A DNA stretch of 64,000 nucleotides from Diadema antillarum (lineage: Eukaryota). The translations under genes were made by a program, and so were the position numbers. The stretch is taken from the NCBI RefSeq assembly GCF_040938485.1, contig NW_027271136.1, positions 1 to 64,000 on the forward strand, in the 5' to 3' direction. This document shows, piece by piece, positions 1-14,825 of this stretch (position 1 is the stretch's first letter; each line of letters opens with the position of its first letter). The notes below the pieces were generated by a model, which was not told the DNA's origin, searched no databases, and worked only from the letters and a program-made list of their open reading frames with translations.

Positions 1-1129
1 ATGCAAATAGATAAGAAATGGGTGAAAAAAATCGACACTCAGACATGTAATTATTGTTTTTTTTTTATCAAGCTGTTGCTATCAAATGATGTATGAACAA
101 ACATTACTGTGCCCTTTAACAGCTTTCCAAAATGGCTTTTCGAACATGACAGTCTATGGAAAATCTTAAGTGTGGCTTATGAGTATGACTCTTGCAGATT
201 TTCACCCTGTTTTGAAACATTAAGCTATCATTCTTAAAAAATATTCTTTATTCATCATTTATTCATACACAATTCCAGAAACACAGGCAGCGTGTAAGAC
301 CTTGCAGCTCAGATATTTGAAGCTTGCAACATAGATAAACCATGCCCTTTAAATACAGTGAATAAAATCAAGCAGATTAGAATCAGTTTCAATACAATTG
401 GACATTAAACAAAAAAAGTTTAGGAATCTTAAAATCCCCACTAGGGAGTTGTGAGGCAATTTAAACATTATTACCTCAGCTTGGTAAACATAGATGTAAA
501 TGTGACCCATATCAGTGTTTAGTGAAAATGTACAGTTTTGGTATTCATGTTTTTGTTGAACATGCTTGAATTGTACTCTACATATGAAAGTCTTCTTGAC
601 CATGAAGGGAGGTGTATATGTAGAAGTTATTTGTTTGCATTATTAGAAGTGCCCAAATGTTCTTTTCACAATCATATTGCAATATTTGTTTCAGAAAAGG
701 AGTGTGTATTTTTTTCTTAAATGTTGAACTTTTGATGCAAGAAGAACTAAGAGGAAAATGAGGCAAGATTTCGAGGGACCCTGTCATTTCTCATTTTCAA
801 TCATCGGGAATATTATTTTGCATGCTATTTTGATACAAAATGCCTTCGTGGGATGAAATTTCGTCGAAATCAGGGAGAGCTTCTCAACAAAAAGGTGAAA
901 AAAAAAAGATTGAAGGGCACTTGTTTGATAGCATCTTGTCTGAGGATATCACAGTTGCCCGCTGGCTACAATTGATTCTCAATATGATGTCTGAGATTGA
1001 TTGATTACCCAATTTTTTACTCTCCCTTTTTTCTCTCTGTCTGCCTGTCTGTCTATCTGTTTGTTTGTTTTTTTTCTTCTGTTTTTTTTCCTTCTTCCGT
1101 TGTCTCTACTTGCCTCTTCTTCCACTCAG

Positions 1130-1241
1130 CCCTCAGCGAGTGCGTCGCTTCCTGGTGATCGCGATCCATCAACTCATCCTGGTCGAGCCTGACAGCAAGA
1201 AATTGGGCTGGGGTGTTGCCAAGTTTGTTGGCCCACTGCAG
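1130..1241 (+). CDS. CLEC16A: CLEC16A (Ema/TT9 family) internal coding exon
   Basis: Translates (S)PQRVRRFLVIAIHQLILVEPDSKKLGWGVAKFVGPLQ, which I recognise as CLEC16A (RFL...LVEPD..LGWGV.KF.G.LQ). Long pyrimidine tract plus CAG at 1127-1129, with an alternative CAG at 1134-1136. Donor CAG|GTAAGA at 1241/1242, phase 0. Confidence 0.93.
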
Positions 1242-1317
1242 GTAAGACAGGAAGTGCTAAGGGAATGAGAAAATAATGATGGAACTTTTGGAGTTAGCAT
1301 TATCGATATGATTACAT

Positions 1318-1560
1318 CCAATTATTGTCATTATCATTATTGATTTATGATAATAATGATGATAATAATAATGATGATAATACTAATGATAATGATACAG
1401 ATAATGATAATGATTATGATAATAATAACATTGATGGTTAATATTATTATAATTATTATTATTATTATTATCATTATGATTATTATTGATATTGTAATCA
1501 TTATTATTATCATCATCATCATCATAAACGATTTGTAATCATGATCATGATGTCATTATT
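1318..1560. repeat. Cryptic (ATT/ATA/ATG/ATC)n trinucleotide microsatellite
   Basis: Direct reading. It produces the spurious poly-Ile/Met ORFs. Confidence 0.95.
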
Positions 1561-2430
1561 TTCATATGCAAGAGCTTCTCTTTGTGTCTTGGAAGCAAAA
1601 TCATGCTGTTGGTATCAGACTGGTGAAGGTTTTCCATGAGCATGGTCTTAGAGTGGGTGTTCTGTTGTCAGATGAGCAAGAGTGTGCGACTCTCCCACAA
1701 GACAGGAGCACAAACAACCCTTTGTACAGTAGGTCTGCTGTAGTGGCCCATCAGTGTCCTGGTCAATGGTCAAGTTTTTTTTGGGGGGGGAGTTGGAAAT
1801 GAAGTTGTTTGTCCGAGGCAGTGTTTAGAACTGCTGCACTCTTCATGAATATTCACGGTGTGTCAATCCTCGCCCGCGGTGGGTGGCTGTCGGTGACGTG
1901 AGCGCCACGTCTCGTATTTGCTCCGCGGTGAACCGATGGCACATGCTCAGAAAAAGTAGGTCGTGTCAGTTTCATGAATATTCATGTGAACATTATCGTG
2001 CATGTGTGGGCTAAAGGCATCCCAGATGTGGGAAGAAAGCAAATAAACACCACTGTACGAAACCCTTTAGCTTTCTAGAGATAATAATTCTCCGGTTGTC
2101 ATATCTGATGTGAAACCACTTTTGTTTTTGTTTTTTCCCTCGACCCTCGGGGGTTTTCCAGAAAACCCCAGGGTTGTCGGCGTCAAGTCGGAAAGTGGCT
2201 GCGAATGATAAAGCACGACTCTTGTTGCTTAAAGTGTCAAGTATTTGTATAATGAAATCTACTGGTATGTAAAGATGCTGTAGGGATTATATTTGATCTT
2301 CTGCTACAGATGAATATTGTACAAGCAGATGAGAACATTCTTCTTGGAAATATTGCAACTAACTTGTACCACAGTCAAAAAAAAAAAAAAAGATTGAATA
2401 CTGCCTGGATGGCAGGGAAAAATTTACAGG

Positions 2431-2600
2431 CAGGAATGTAGCTTTCACCATTTCAGCTTGAAGTGATCATTTGGTTCATCAAATTTCTCATAGACCTAAT
2501 TTGCAGGTAGGAATGTAGCTTCAGCCATTTTGGCTTAAAGCAATAGTTTGGTTTGTCAAAATTCTAGTAGACTTGTTCGAACAAATGCTTCACCATTCTG
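2431..2600. repeat. Degenerate minisatellite, period about 78 bp
   Basis: AGGAATGTAGCTT recurs at 2431 and 2509, and a third partial unit starts near 2581. Confidence 0.5.
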
Positions 2601-3279
2601 TCTGTCCGGTCAGAATAGATTTCTGATGTTTCCATTCAGCTTCCCTTGCTGCTTATGTTAACCAGCTTTAGAGATTGTGAATTTGCCAGTACATTGTCTC
2701 TTTGTGAGTGAAAGGGCAAGGAAGGATATGTGCTTACATGTAGTTTGAGAACGCTACAAAGTGCAGTGGCCAGGGTTTGAATTCTAGGCCTGTCTTTTTG
2801 AGGCATACAACAGCATTGTCTCGTCGCCACTTATGTGGAGTGAGTTGCTGTGGTTGTACAAGTTGCTGCAATGAATTGCAATGAATGGATATGGAGTGCA
2901 GTAGAACAAAATAATTGTGTATTTTGATTCTGTTTGTTTTTGTTTGTTTGTTTGGGTGTTTTTTGTTCTGTTTTGTTTTGTTTTTGTTGCCTGTAAAGAC
3001 TAACACGTTGGGACTTGTGGCCTCATGAAGATAAATGTTTGCAAAAGAAGAATTCTGTGATTATTTAGCTGGCAGGGCTATATGGAAGGTGCAGATAAAA
3101 AGGGAAGTATAATATGTTTAAAATCTTATACTTATAGATAAATTAAACTGAAGACTTTGTTGTGTACAGGACAGTGCACATCAACCAAAGTTTTTTTGAA
3201 TTTTGTAGCATTACAAGGTATATATGTAATGGCTAGAGAACCAATGTCCATGTGAATGAATATACCATTCTTTCCTTGA

Positions 3280-3282
<3 letters not shown>

Positions 3283-3316
<34 letters not shown>
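3283..3316. repeat. (CT)n microsatellite
   Basis: Direct reading. Confidence 0.95.
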
Positions 3317-3318
<2 letters not shown>

Positions 3319-6193
3319 GCCTGTATAAATCTAACTGGCTTTGAACGTAAAGCAATATGTTTTTATGATTGCGCATATTGTACTTTGCAGATATGTGCAT
3401 TAATGCATGAGTTTTTGTTCACTTGTTTGCTTCAGTATTCTTTCAGTGCACTCCCCTCTCCCAATTGCACTCCCCTCCCCACCCCCAGTGTTCATGATAT
3501 AAATTTAGAAGAGACAGCTACTAAAACTTAACTTTTCCTCCTCTTCCTCCCCCCCCCCCCCACACACACACCGTCATAACTGCTGCCACATCCCTGATCG
3601 CAATTTCTCAGAATGTGCGTGACTGTCATTTTGAAAAGGTCACCTCCATATCAGCTTTCTTTGTATTTTGTATTGATATTCTTCTTCTTTTTTTATTGAA
3701 AAGGGGGCGTGTGGGATGGATGTTGTGGATTATTGTTATCATTATTATTTTAACCTTTTCAATCTCCCAATGGGAGGACTGTTCATCATTTCAAGCTAGT
3801 TTGGGCCCATGTGACAGTGGGTGAGCTTTGATGAGCTTTTGCAGTCAAATTGTATGCCCCTCTGATGGAATATGTTCTCTTATGGAATGATTTTACAGCT
3901 ACACTTTTTCTTTGGTCATAGACACAACTCAAAACATTAGCTGCATATAGTTAATTTTGTTTTTCCTTCTCTTGTTGTCTAACCAGTCCATATGTTTTCT
4001 AGAAAATATGTTTTTTTGATGGACGTAAAATGTTGCATTAAATAGCATGAAACCACAATAAAGATGATATCTACTGTTTGTTTTGCCATACTTCTAAGAT
4101 AAAGTTGCTCTTTAAAGAGCTTCAGTGCAATTACTCTTACTGTTAAATGGGATACTCTGTAGGACTGTATTCATCGCTGGCCATTATTCTACCAATAGAG
4201 CAAATTTAAAAGTGACTCAAAGATACTTAGGTCATGATGTCTGGGCTTGAGGTGATAATACACTTTTCTGCTGTTTGTTGCCATCACACTCTACCCCTCT
4301 CTCATTTGTTTAATGAACTTACAATGTACCTCCCGTCACTCATGCCCATTACCACCACTACACACATTTCATTTTCTAATTGCAGACAGAAAAAGCTGAA
4401 AACCTTACTATCATTCTTCAGTGCCTAGACACAGTGAACTCAATTTTCATATCACACCAGCCTCTATATTCACGCAGGTTTATCAGCAGTGCCAACTTGT
4501 TTTGTGTTATGTATAGCAACATCATTTATGTTTTGTATTTATATTGTGCAATCTAGTATCACATCATTGTGGCATAAGAAAATAAGATTTCACCATTAAA
4601 CTAAAGCATTTTGATAATGTTACATTGTAAATGGCTCTTGCCCAAACAAAGTACAATGGAAAGTCGTGGTTGATTTCTATCGGTTGTTTTAATTCTAGGT
4701 TTCTATGACTCTTCTCAAGTGAAAATGGCGCAGCCCAACGATGGGACATTTCGCAATTCATCATCATCACTATTCATGTTTACGTGGTTTTGCACAAAAG
4801 GTCAGGGTGGTAATATGTGCGAAACAAGAGAGGAGTTGCGAAGAGTGGTTAACATCATCCATTTCTCGTTGTGACAGTCCGCTCTCGTCTGCAGGGAAGT
4901 GAAACAAAAGTTTGCAAGGCCTGAGATAATCATCCGTTTCTGAGAATCCAGGGCACCCCTGGTAGGGAAAGGTCATCGTCTCCTGTTAGTCATGCCTCAG
5001 AGAGACGAGCCTTCCTCAATTCAAACGTGCCGCAAATCATTCCCAAATTTCCCATAATTTCAGCTGGAAAAGTGGACGAAATTAGCAGAGTGTGTAATTG
5101 TGTTGTCGAGCTGCAGAAGTTACCCATATTGTTTGCATTTTCTTCCCCTCATAATTTCTGCTGGAAGTGATACATTCCACAGAATATTGTACTACTGTTT
5201 TTGGTAACTGCGGGAGTAACATGCATTGTGTCAGTACTGGGTACCAGCATCGTGAGGGTTACAGAGTTTAGACTCTGATGCCTTGTGTTGAGAAGAGACA
5301 GTTTTGTTCTTTTGGTTTTAATAAAGCGTGTGATCAAAACCTGAGAAATCATACGTAAAATGTCCTACCTGTTACCTTTTTGAAAACTGATTTACCCCTA
5401 GTTCCTTATCAAAGCAATAACTATTGTGGAGCTCTTCTTTTGGTACAGGCAATAGCATTTCACCTCTCTTGAAGCCTAGAATCTTGTGGAATGTGAGATA
5501 AATAATAATACAGGGAAATGTTGATTGTTGCTTGTTATCAATGACTGAAATCTGAGGCATAAGAAATGAAAGAAGGAGCTGTTCTGTAGGTGAAAAAATT
5601 GGGAGCCCTGATGACTGTAAAATCTCCTTTTAAAATAGAAGACCATTTTACCAAAAAAAAAAAAAAAGGAAGAAAGAAAAACACTGCCTGAATCAAAGTG
5701 CATTTTAGTCATATTTGCAAGAGCCAGAAGTGCAGAAATGAAATGGTGCCAGCCAGGAAATGTGATAACATTAGTCCATATGCCCAGTCACTGTGACATG
5801 AGAATTATTCAGGAACTGTTCCTTTTGGTGTAAAGATGTTCATCATGCTTTTTTCCACTTTGATGTCATTCTACATAGAGAGAGCTTGTAGTCTGTCTTC
5901 TACCTTTATTGAATCTACTTGCCACTACTCGGGATACATTCTGAAAGGCATTAACTTGCTAAAGAGTATCGATCATGCATATGACAGTTTTGTTTGATAT
6001 TTATTATCAGTGAACGCAATATGTGCTGATATCTCTTTGTTCACACTCCTTGTGTAAATGCACTTGCTGTAATCCATCAATTAACCACCCAAGTGAATCA
6101 TCTCACATCAGGGACATTCACACTGCTAGTGAAAAAAAAAAAATCATGACATTTGAAGAAGTGTAGTTGGAAATCATCAGGCAAATGTACTAG

Positions 6194-6195
<2 letters not shown>

Positions 6196-6230
<35 letters not shown>
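6196..6230. repeat. (CA)n microsatellite
   Basis: Direct reading. Confidence 0.95.
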
Positions 6231-6232
<2 letters not shown>

Positions 6233-7031
6233 ACCACCGAAAAATCACAGAAGGGATTATGTCGAAGGGATTTTACTCCTCTTTCGTGACTTTCAGTTTC
6301 TTCTGAAACCAATAAACCATGCTTGTGCCATCTCATTATTCTCATTAGTTTCGAGATAATATATCTCTTGTTCTTCAATATGAGCAGTTTTTCCAGTCTC
6401 TGTTTCTGTCAAAAAGAAAAGAAAAATACATTTTTGCTTCTAGGGGACACTTCAACAGTGTGGTCTCTGGAAACATCTGTTTGTATGCCTGCTAGTATTA
6501 GGTAACAACAATTTTCCTTTTTCTTTTTCGTTTTGGTGATTTGTCTTGTTTTCAAAGGGTGGCAAGATTTAATTTCTCACTCATGCACAGAGGCAATGTG
6601 TAGGAAGGAAAGCTTAATTTTAGCTGTCCCCTGGGTGCATTATCATGCTGAAATTCCAAGAATCACACTCGTAACAGCCTTTGGGAGGGACATTTGTAGT
6701 TTGTTTTTTTTACCTAATAGAACAAATGTTGTCTGTTACAGGGGATTTTCTCTCTCTTTTACCTACTGGTACATCATGGAGCACTATGTCGAAGCTACAT
6801 ATGTATTAGCTGTGGGCCAGACATCATTTCCTCAATGGCGCGATGAGTTGATAACGGTTTGTTACGACACACTTCAGACCAGACGGATTTGCACAAAATG
6901 ACTAACGATCTAAATTAACGCAATTCATTATGTAGGGTACTTTCCCTTTTTATGGGTGCTTTGAAAACAGAAGAGACAAGATTTCAGTGATTACAAGATA
7001 TATAGACGATGATTGAATCGTATACAAAATA

Positions 7032-7952
7032 CAGTATTCATCGCATAATCGGGCATCTGATAATCGGGATCCTCGCTTAAATGATATACGCTTCCCAGAA
7101 ACATTTCCACCGCACGTTATTTTCACTGGATAATCGGGCGGGGACCTCTGATAAACGGGACAATTTTTCTTCAAGCGATCTTTGATTTTGTTAATATTTT
7201 ACACAAAAAAATCTACCAAAATACCACAACAATATTTCAAAGATTCCGTATCAGTTGTCGTTTACAACAAACTTACAAAGCAAGCTTCGGATTGGTGTGT
7301 TTTGACCTCCGTCCATCCAGTACATGTACATGCATAGCCACGAAAGCGCCGTGTATAAGTATCCATGCCATTGCAAAGCACATGCCTTCGCGAACATTCT
7401 TCTCCCCTACATAAGCAAAGCCATGTGCTCGCTTGCAATTCCTACTCGACTCAAATCCAATAAAAAACATGCCTCGCTCATACAGCCCAGGCTGTGTGCG
7501 TTGTTTAATCTCAGTCATACACTCTGAGGGCAAAGTCCATTGTTATCGCGCGCCTTCGTATCTTGTTATCTACTGTCTTTGGTTTCAACTTTCAATACAG
7601 CTGTACACTGTGATCTGTGTGTACGTCACAATCTTCCTCAGTTGTGACTGGGCAAAAGTTACGTGATTGAAATCATGAGGGCTATGAACAGTTACGTATT
7701 CAGTGAAATGGGGGAGAGAGTGGGAGGGAGAGCGTGAAAGATGAGAAGGGTTCAATGTATGTGCGAATACGTAACGTTTTATGAATCTAGACTATGAGCT
7801 GACATTGATTACGTGTACACGCGTGTTTGACAGAAGAATCGAACCCAGTTGCGATTACTCTACATCATTGCGAGAATGCAGGGAGAGCTGGAGGGTCGCG
7901 CCGAGGGATAGCGTGTTGTGTATTCATGTACATGTACAGTACGTCAGTATGC

Positions 7953-7983
<31 letters not shown>

Positions 7984-8103
7984 CTACATGTACATGTCGT
8001 ATGCCGTTAGTGTATGGTGAGTACTCATCGCGAAATCGGGCACCTCGCTTAAAGGGGCCGTGTTTGCTACTCCCAACCTGTCCCGATTATGCGATGAATA
8101 CTG
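7032..8103. mobile_element. Non-autonomous pogo/Tigger-like (Tc1/mariner) MITE, 1,072 bp
   Basis: 22-bp perfect TIRs CAGTATTCATCGCATAATCGGG, with TA on both sides (7030-31, 8104-05). Repeated subterminal ATAATCGGG and CCTCGCTTAA motifs. No coding capacity. Confidence 0.88.
7954..7981. repeat. (TG)n microsatellite inside the 7032..8103 MITE
   Basis: Direct reading. Confidence 0.95.
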
Positions 8104-11100
8104 TACTCTAGAGTGTTCTATACCAGTCTAGCATAGTCTGTTTTGTGAATAAAAGCTTCTAGCGTGTTCTCCACCAGCCTGGAATGTCAAAAATGCAATG
8201 TTCTCTACATCATTATGTCATCACAGATTGATTCAGTTGCATGAAAATCAAAACTTGGTTACATACAGTTGTACTTCTAGACAAATCTTTGACAAAGAGT
8301 AAGTCGATACAATCTAAATAATTTAATACAATGTCAGTGTATTTTAGGACTTATCTCGTCTCACCATATTGCCGCCTTTGTCACAAGAGTATAATAACAC
8401 ATGGTCAATAATGTTTACTTAATGAGGTCTGCGATTGGATTTTAGAGAAAAAAAATGGAAAAACGAATTTGTGCAGGCTTTTCATATCTTATTTGTTTGC
8501 CAAACTAACATAATGTGGAAAGATATGATATCATGTGTTTGCACACAACAGTCAGGGGTATGGCAGATGGTATTGGAAAACCTTGTGATGTGATATTGGT
8601 GCCATGTGTGTGTGCTGTGTTATTAATAATGCCTCTGCCAAACCGTATTTGAAGTATTGGAGTTATTGTGTGGTCAGTCAGTCGCTCTGGCGGTCAAGGG
8701 GTTGATTGGCTGGTCAGTCAGTTTCTTGTAAAAGCTCAAGTAGAGGGAATGGCCTTTCCCAATTTTCGAGGAATTCACGTGACGTCTTGTTTGTGCAATC
8801 GCCTCAAGAGTACAGATATGCCTGGCATGACGGCATATTCATCATTGCCATGGTAGCAGCATTTAACGAGAAACCTTCTGGGGCAAATTACGTTCTATAC
8901 TTTTTTAGCGGCTCTTACGGAACGTGACACATGTAATGACCTTAGGGATGTTTGTTTGCAAAAAGTGGTTTTTTTCTTCTTCATCTTTTGATGAGTTTTT
9001 GCCACAACAGCTATATGTCTGTTTTCAAGTAGATTGATTTTTTTCCCCTACTGCTTTTAGGAATAGATGCGGCAGGGATTTCTATGACATGTAGTGATAT
9101 TTCTTTTAAGGAGCAAATTACCACTACAAAGGCAATAAGCATTGCTAAGCTCTGCGTTATCTCTGACATCTTTGCTTATGTTATTGCAGGTTAGTGTGAA
9201 TTGAATTCTTTTTTTTTTAGCAGTTGGCACCATCTTAATGTTGAGCATGAAACATACCGCTGTGTTACAACAGTGAATATTTTGAGGTGTGAAAAGTGGT
9301 TGCCAAATTTGATCTGCACTTGAATTAATTTGATTGGACATGTTAACATACATTGTAAGTACAAATATCTTCAGTCTGCACAATTATGAAAATAGAATTT
9401 CACTGACCATTATTCCAGTGTGAAAAAATTAAGCTTGCAAAAGTTAAGTTGCCCAGTTTCAATGCATTGGATGCCCCAAAATTTGTTAAGTACTTTTTAA
9501 AAAAGGAATTGGTTCTTGACTTTGAATGTGTAAATACTGCTATGATTATTTAACTCTTTATGTGCCATGGTGGAAAACCCCTGTGTGCCAGTTATTCTGA
9601 GACACGAAGGTAGTCATGCTTTGAGAAAGAATTCGGTTTTTCCAATTTGTATAACTTCTACAAATTTCTTTTATGGTTGACATAATAGTGAGCAAAGTTA
9701 AAGAGGAATGCCTAACTTTGCCTCGATATAAATTGTATGACAAATCTAATTTCAATTTTTCTTTTGAATGACCAGTTGCTACATTACTGTAAAGGCATGA
9801 CTTTTGCACATAAAACCGTGGCAGAAACTTAGAATGTACACGCAAATCTAGTTCAGAACACCGCTTGATAGTCAATCACCACACAGAATGCAAGCCGTAT
9901 GTGACAGGAATAAAAGCGCGAGAAACACTTTCATCGTACCGCGGGATTAGCGATTTATGGATCGGTTTAAGCGGCTTTGTGTGTTGAGCAGAATATGCGA
10001 AGTTGGCACGCCGTCGACTGAGTCGGATGTTCGAACGTGGCACATAGAGAGTTAATTGAATGTTATAATGTCACACAACTCAATAATCCTTGGTTTTCAG
10101 TGTAAGTTTAGCTCTAAGGATGGTTGAAGTAACATCGTAATTTCAGTGCATATGGTATTTACAAATGACCTGTAGGGAGTGGTTTAGAATGTTTCAAAAT
10201 CAGAGGTTTGCAATTCGTAGTGGGTGTGGTTTAGCCCTTAAATGCTTGTACACACACACACACACACTAAAGTGAATGCCTCCTTACGCATACATGCACA
10301 GACGTTGGTTTTAAGGAAGTCTTTACAAGTATTCAATTCGTCATGGTGTAGGGTTGCTTTTTTCCAGTCCAATAGACTGTCTGTACAGAAAATATGAGAA
10401 GATGTGGGGGCTTGTTGTTTTGCATTTATCTTTTTCAATTATTGCTTTGTTCACAGAAATCATGCTCTTTGTGTTTTCACATATCGTGATTTGGCAACTT
10501 GCCAAACTATACTCTTCCAGGAAATGTTCATTAACATTGCATCCGTATGAAGCGCTAATTTGTACTTTGTTTGTAACGAGAAAAAACAATATTTCCAGCA
10601 ATCGCCAGCCATGCAAGGAGGAAGTTATCAGTAACTACTTCAAGCATTACTTTCATTTTACAGAGGCCAGGAAATGTGAAACTTGTTTTTTATTATTATT
10701 TCCCATTGTTGGTATGTCCTGTAAATTCTTTTCCAAGCAATGATCTGCCATACCCTGAAGTAACCTGAAAGTCATGTGCGTCGTTGCTCTAAATTCAGTG
10801 CATTTTAGTGGAATGATAGTACACTAACTCACTGTGATCTCGCTTTGATGAGCACAAAGACAGCATATAGGCTGCATGTGTTTGGTTAGTGATTGTTGTG
10901 GCAGATTTCCAACATATGATGCACCGTGCCATGCCTCGGGGTGTCGTCATACCCCAGGTTGCAGCGTTGTGTAGTGCCATCTTGTGTTTGTAAGATGTAC
11001 AATTACACACTGCCGTCATGGCAGCCAAATTTGTATATAGCAGTCAGCAGTAATGTTCCCAGTGCCAATTCAGCAATGCTGTTATTTTCCTTTTACTATA

Positions 11101-14100
11101 ATTACTGTAATGTGACATTAATATTTTGTGTTATTTTTGTAATCCAGAATGAGATCATTATAATCCACAAACTTGTCCCATGATAACTCATTTTACGTCT
11201 TCAGTAGACTGGTGATGCATAGTGCAGTGCAGCTGTCTGTGTGTGACATTGAGATCACTGGTGTAGTGTATGAGAGTGCTGATGCTGATGCTGCTGTACT
11301 GCTGAGCTTATTGTTGCAACAACATTTTCTTCCATAAAGCACTAAATGTTACTTTCATCCATTTTTTTTTTTATAACCCAGGAAAAAGCGCTGGGAAAAC
11401 AGGTAAATGAAATGGCAGCTTTCTACTATTTGGTACCCCAAGGTACCGAATAGTGTGGAGAATCATGTGGAAAACTGTGAGAGGGCCAGTACTCTGTGAT
11501 TCAAGTTGAATGCTTGTTCTTTTTTTTTTTGGGGGGGGGGGGGTGAGTGGGATGAGTTTTGAAGTTTTTTTGAGAAAAGAAATCCCATTGATTGTGCTTC
11601 AGGTTGTCCATCAATCCATCCAGGATTTCCTTCTAATTTTCTAATCTTAGCTTTAATCAAAATGTCATCAAACTTGGTGGTGGGTACAAGAACAAAAAAT
11701 AATGAATTCAGAATTCTTTTCCTACACTGTACATTGTAACTCAGATATGGGAAAGTTATTTCATAAGCTTTGCATATGACCATGATATCACAGCCCAGTA
11801 CAGTAATTAGATTTTGGGGAGCATTAGTTGAACTCAGTGGTCAAATGTGACAAGAAATGAAATAGATTTGGATGTGAAATTATACAACTAACAGCGTTGT
11901 ACAGTGTATGTTACGCTGAAAGAATATGTACAGACCAAATTCTTAAGTTTGGCTGTGAAACTATAATGAATGCTTTATATCTTCGTCTTCTTGGGGTTTA
12001 CTGCCATTTTGCGCATGGTTGATTTTATATGAAGAAATGCAAATAGGCATTCGCAGACATTGCTAAGTAGAACAAACAAAGCAAAACAGACAGATGTATG
12101 CCATTTATATCTCTTGTCTCCAACATCATTTGAAAGACAAAAGCCAAATATCTGAGACCCACACACTAGGAAATTACAGTTCTAACTAATTTGCAACCCG
12201 TATGGGAGAGACAAAAGAAAATATGTTTAAAGAGAGCATGCCCAGTTTACAATGACTGGAAAAGAAGTGGTCTGCTTCCACTAATGAAGGCATTTAACCG
12301 TAATTACGTTTAATGTGTTTACAATCCCCTGTGGACTCTTTCAATCATGTATGAAGGAACACGTGAAATTTCCTGGTATGGAAATGCATTCTATTATTAT
12401 CATTTAGAAACATGTGCCCAGCCAAATATTTTCCTTTCTTGGAAAGGTAGTTTGACTGCCATTAGCATGATTAGATAAAAATGGAATCATGCATTGATGT
12501 TCATGTCTTTCTGTTTGATAGCAAAATTGCATTTCTCAGAAATTGCTTTCAGTCAAAGCTTCAAGGATAGAAGACAATTTTGCTGCAGTAATTGGAGTCA
12601 CGGGGAAAGTTGTTGGTTGTTTTGTTTGCTGCTTTAAGTGCAGGAAGAGGGCAATTGATAGCCCCAAGCATTTATGTCTCTTCATAGCTTTTAGAAACTA
12701 GTGTGAAAGATCTGCCAAGTTTCTCTTCTGTTTCATGACCGTCCGTCAAAAAGGTCATCGTGTGATATTATCATGAAACAAGGTGTAGATGGAGTCATTA
12801 TCTTAGCAGCAATGATGATCAAGGAACTAGGATAGTGTATTTGTGAAGTGTAAGCAATAAGATTGCAATCTATAGCAGAATACACAGTCTCCTATGCCAA
12901 TACATGCACTGTTTGCTCTCTAGGAAGACCAGTCTATGGTCTTTAAATAAACAATTTCCAGACTGGACCAATAATGTATCACACTCAGTGTGTACTTGAA
13001 TTGTTTTCTTCTTTTTGATTTAAAAAAAAAAAGGATAAAGAGATGAATAAGAAATAGAGAAAGAGGAAGGAAGAAGTGGGAAAGAAAGAGGGAAAAAAAA
13101 GAATAGGCACAAAAATTGAAACGCTGATTTGAAAGGCAAAAGTAGTCATGTGAACAAACTACAGTGTACATCTCACTCTGGATTATCATCTTAATAGTCT
13201 TGGACAGAAATGCAAGGAGCAGATGTCTGTCTGTTATTTCCCACATACCCTGGCATTCTCAAATGTGTATATGGTTGTTAATAGTATATACACCTGATAT
13301 ATGTCTGTGTGTATGTGTGTTTGTATGTGTGTGTATGTGTATTTGTATTAAATTGTGAATACATCTACTTGAAGACTACAGGCATTTTGAATAGCATTTA
13401 CAGAAGCATCTAGTGGTGCATTTGCATTCTACTTTTCTTAGATGATCTTTGTTGTACTGTGGGACTTCTGTCTCAGTATGTCTTTATCAAAAGGATTGTC
13501 TGTTAAGGTCAGTCAGTGAAGTGTTGATGGCTTGCTTGTAAGGTGAGATGATGTTAGCGCCAGCCTTGCCATAACTTAATGGTGGATTCGATTCGAAGGA
13601 ATTCCTGGAAAGGATGAGCTCATCAAGCCAAGAAGTGAGTGTGTTGCCATGGTAACTGCATGGGAGACACACTTCCTCCAAGTTCTCTGGTAGCATTAGT
13701 GTGTCCTTCAAAGATGTGCATTCAAACCAACCAGAGCAACTGGGAGATCTCAGTGCTGTACATCAACCCTCCCCCACATACCCACACATACACACAAGGA
13801 AGATAAGCCTGGGTGTACTGGAATTTTGTGCAATGTCCTTCAAAAACACTTCATTATATTTAACATCCTGTATTTTTTCTTTTTTTCTTTTTTTTTTTGG
13901 GGGGGGGAATATAATTAGGCAAGTTACATTTGATCTGTAATGACAACTTGAAATTGCTGTTTTGAGCCTTGTGGCTGACTATTGATGATTTTATTCTGTT
14001 AGTAGTAAATCTTTTAGTAGCACCACTGTTTGATTGTATTTAGCAATAGAGGTTGCCCTTGTTATGCCTTGTAACAAATTTTTCTCTCATGTTGTTGAAA

Positions 14101-14825
14101 AAACTTCCAAAATAAATGACAAGATATTTATTAGAATCCACTTGCTATAAATACATGGTGTCACACTGGTGATTGGTTTGTTCAAAAGGAGTAATTTGCT
14201 GATGAAGTATCTCTCAAAATTCACACCTCAGATCTAGTTGCAAAGGCAGGTAAGCATTGGCCAGTACTGTCTGCTGAATTTGAATATGCGTCACATTCAA
14301 ATGTCCATATCTGACTCTAGGAAGAAATGTTGACATTTATGGCTTGTTTTTAGTATTTCTAGAATGATTACTTACGCATTGTAATTTCCTTGAAAACTGT
14401 ACTGAGTGAAAGGTCAGCTAAATATATAATATCAACTATTCCATTTGTTATTTTTCCGAAAAATATCAAGCTTGCATGAACAATGAACAGAATATCAGCA
14501 ATACCAGGAAAACCATGGTTTGGATCATTCAGTGCTGTCAGTTCATCAAACCTTTTATTCGTGTAGAAATCCTGGCGCAGCTGTTGCTTTCATTTCTCAG
14601 AATTTCATCCCTCGTTAGCTCGTATGCAAATTTAGGAAATCGGGCTCAAAGCTCTAACCATCTGCTCAACAGGACTTTATTAACCCAATGCATGCAGAAC
14701 TAGATGCATCATGTATTTAATCCAGGGGAAAATGCTAGAATCATTGTATGTAATGTGGTTGATGTGGATATATATATATTTCTGCTTGTTCCTATTCAGA
14801 ATCATTATTTTTATGATTATTGCTG

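Noticed and set aside
1337-1538. Poly-Ile/Met ORFs on both strands
   Set aside because: They are translations of an ATN trinucleotide microsatellite.
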